The notes beneath the pieces were generated by a model that had not been told where the DNA came from, ran no database searches, and was given only the letters and a program-made list of their open reading frames with translations. DNA of 63,976 bases, counting the filler, from Octopus bimaculoides (lineage: Eukaryota), in assembly GCF_001194135.2 (NCBI RefSeq). It is 7 parts of 6 records of this genome, joined end to end, with 100 filler letters (N's around TTAATTAATTAA, not from the genome) between each part and the next. Parts side by side here need not be neighbours in the genome. Positions count along the whole stretch, not along the records: positions 62,550 to 63,976 come from NW_026372433.1; 6 more parts are not named here. One strand, given 5' to 3'. Position 1 is the stretch's first letter, and every line of letters starts with the position of its first letter. Of this stretch, positions 63,287-63,976 are shown piece by piece. Position numbers and translations under genes: made by a program.

Positions 63287-63940
63287 GAGAGAGTAACATA
63301 GAGACACAAGGAGAAAGAGAGTGAGAGAGAGGGAACGAGAGTGAAGGAACGAGAATGCAAGGTAAGGAGAGACAAAAGGAACGACAGGGAAGGAAGAAGA
63401 AAGAGGGAGAGAAAGAAAGAGAGGAAGAAGGAAACGACAGAGAGGATGAGAGAGAGAGAGAAGGAGAGAGAGTGACACAGAGAGAATGAGGAAGAGACAG
63501 GGAATAAGAGGTAAAGAAAGGGAACGATAGAAAAGGGACGAAAGATCGAGGGAACGAGAGAAAGGGAACGACAGAGAAGAAGAAGAAGAAGAAGAAGAAG
63601 AAGAAGAAGAAGAAGAAGAAGGAGGAGAAGAAGAAGAAGAAAGAGGAGGAGGAGGAGAAGAAAGGGAGGAGGAGAAGAAGAAGAAGAAGAAGAAGGAGAA
63701 GAAGAAGGAGGAGAAGAAGGAGAAGAAGAAGAAGAAGAAGAAGAAGAAGAGAGACAGGGAGAGAGGGAGAACGGGAGATAGATGGAACGAAAGAGAAGGG
63801 AAGAGAATGAGAGAGAGAAAGAGAGAGAACGAAAGAGAGTGAGAAGGAGAGGGAACGAGAGACGAAAAAGTAGAGATAATAGACGAAAGGAAAGAAAAAA
63901 AACCAGAGCCAGAGATATGAACAGCGATAAGAAGAGAAAA

Positions 63941-63976
<36 letters not shown>
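62590..63976. repeat. 1.4-kb purine-rich (GA)n/(GAA)n/(GGA)n low-complexity tract
   Basis: Direct reading; the overlapping ORFs are L/S/F or E/R/K low-complexity artefacts. Confidence 0.92.

Noticed and set aside
62730-63478. 160-189 aa ORFs on both strands
   Set aside because: Translations of the (GA)n purine tract

Overview
AT-rich, gap-riddled eukaryotic genomic DNA dominated by microsatellites and decayed transposons. No prokaryotic genes, rRNA, CRISPR array or intact long CDS are visible, and the long ORFs in the supplied track come from N-gaps and simple repeats. The tRNA-derived SINE families and overall style resemble an octopus (coleoid cephalopod) draft assembly; this is inferred from recalled repeat families, not from a search. 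Recognisable content: three RTE-clade LINE remnants, one near-full-length decayed mariner plus a mariner fragment and mariner-type MITEs, four remnants of Penelope-like elements (PLE, Naiad-type RT or GIY-YIG), many SINE copies, several foldback or TIR elements, a probable Helitron-like insertion whose empty site is visible in a local duplicate, and a few weak candidate host exons. The main hidden signal is six type I hammerhead-ribozyme-like motifs in unrelated stem sequences (22.2, 24.4, 32.3, 32.9, 59.4 and 61.4 kb). Most have a self-complementary or near-palindromic stem III (dimer type), three have a CCGA instead of CUGA core, two lie downstream of PLE endonuclease remnants, and two are attached to tRNA-headed SINEs. 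PLE-linked minimal hammerheads are known in animals; whether these families, the SINE-ribozyme chimeras and the CCGA core are new needs checking. Boundaries of decayed elements are approximate.
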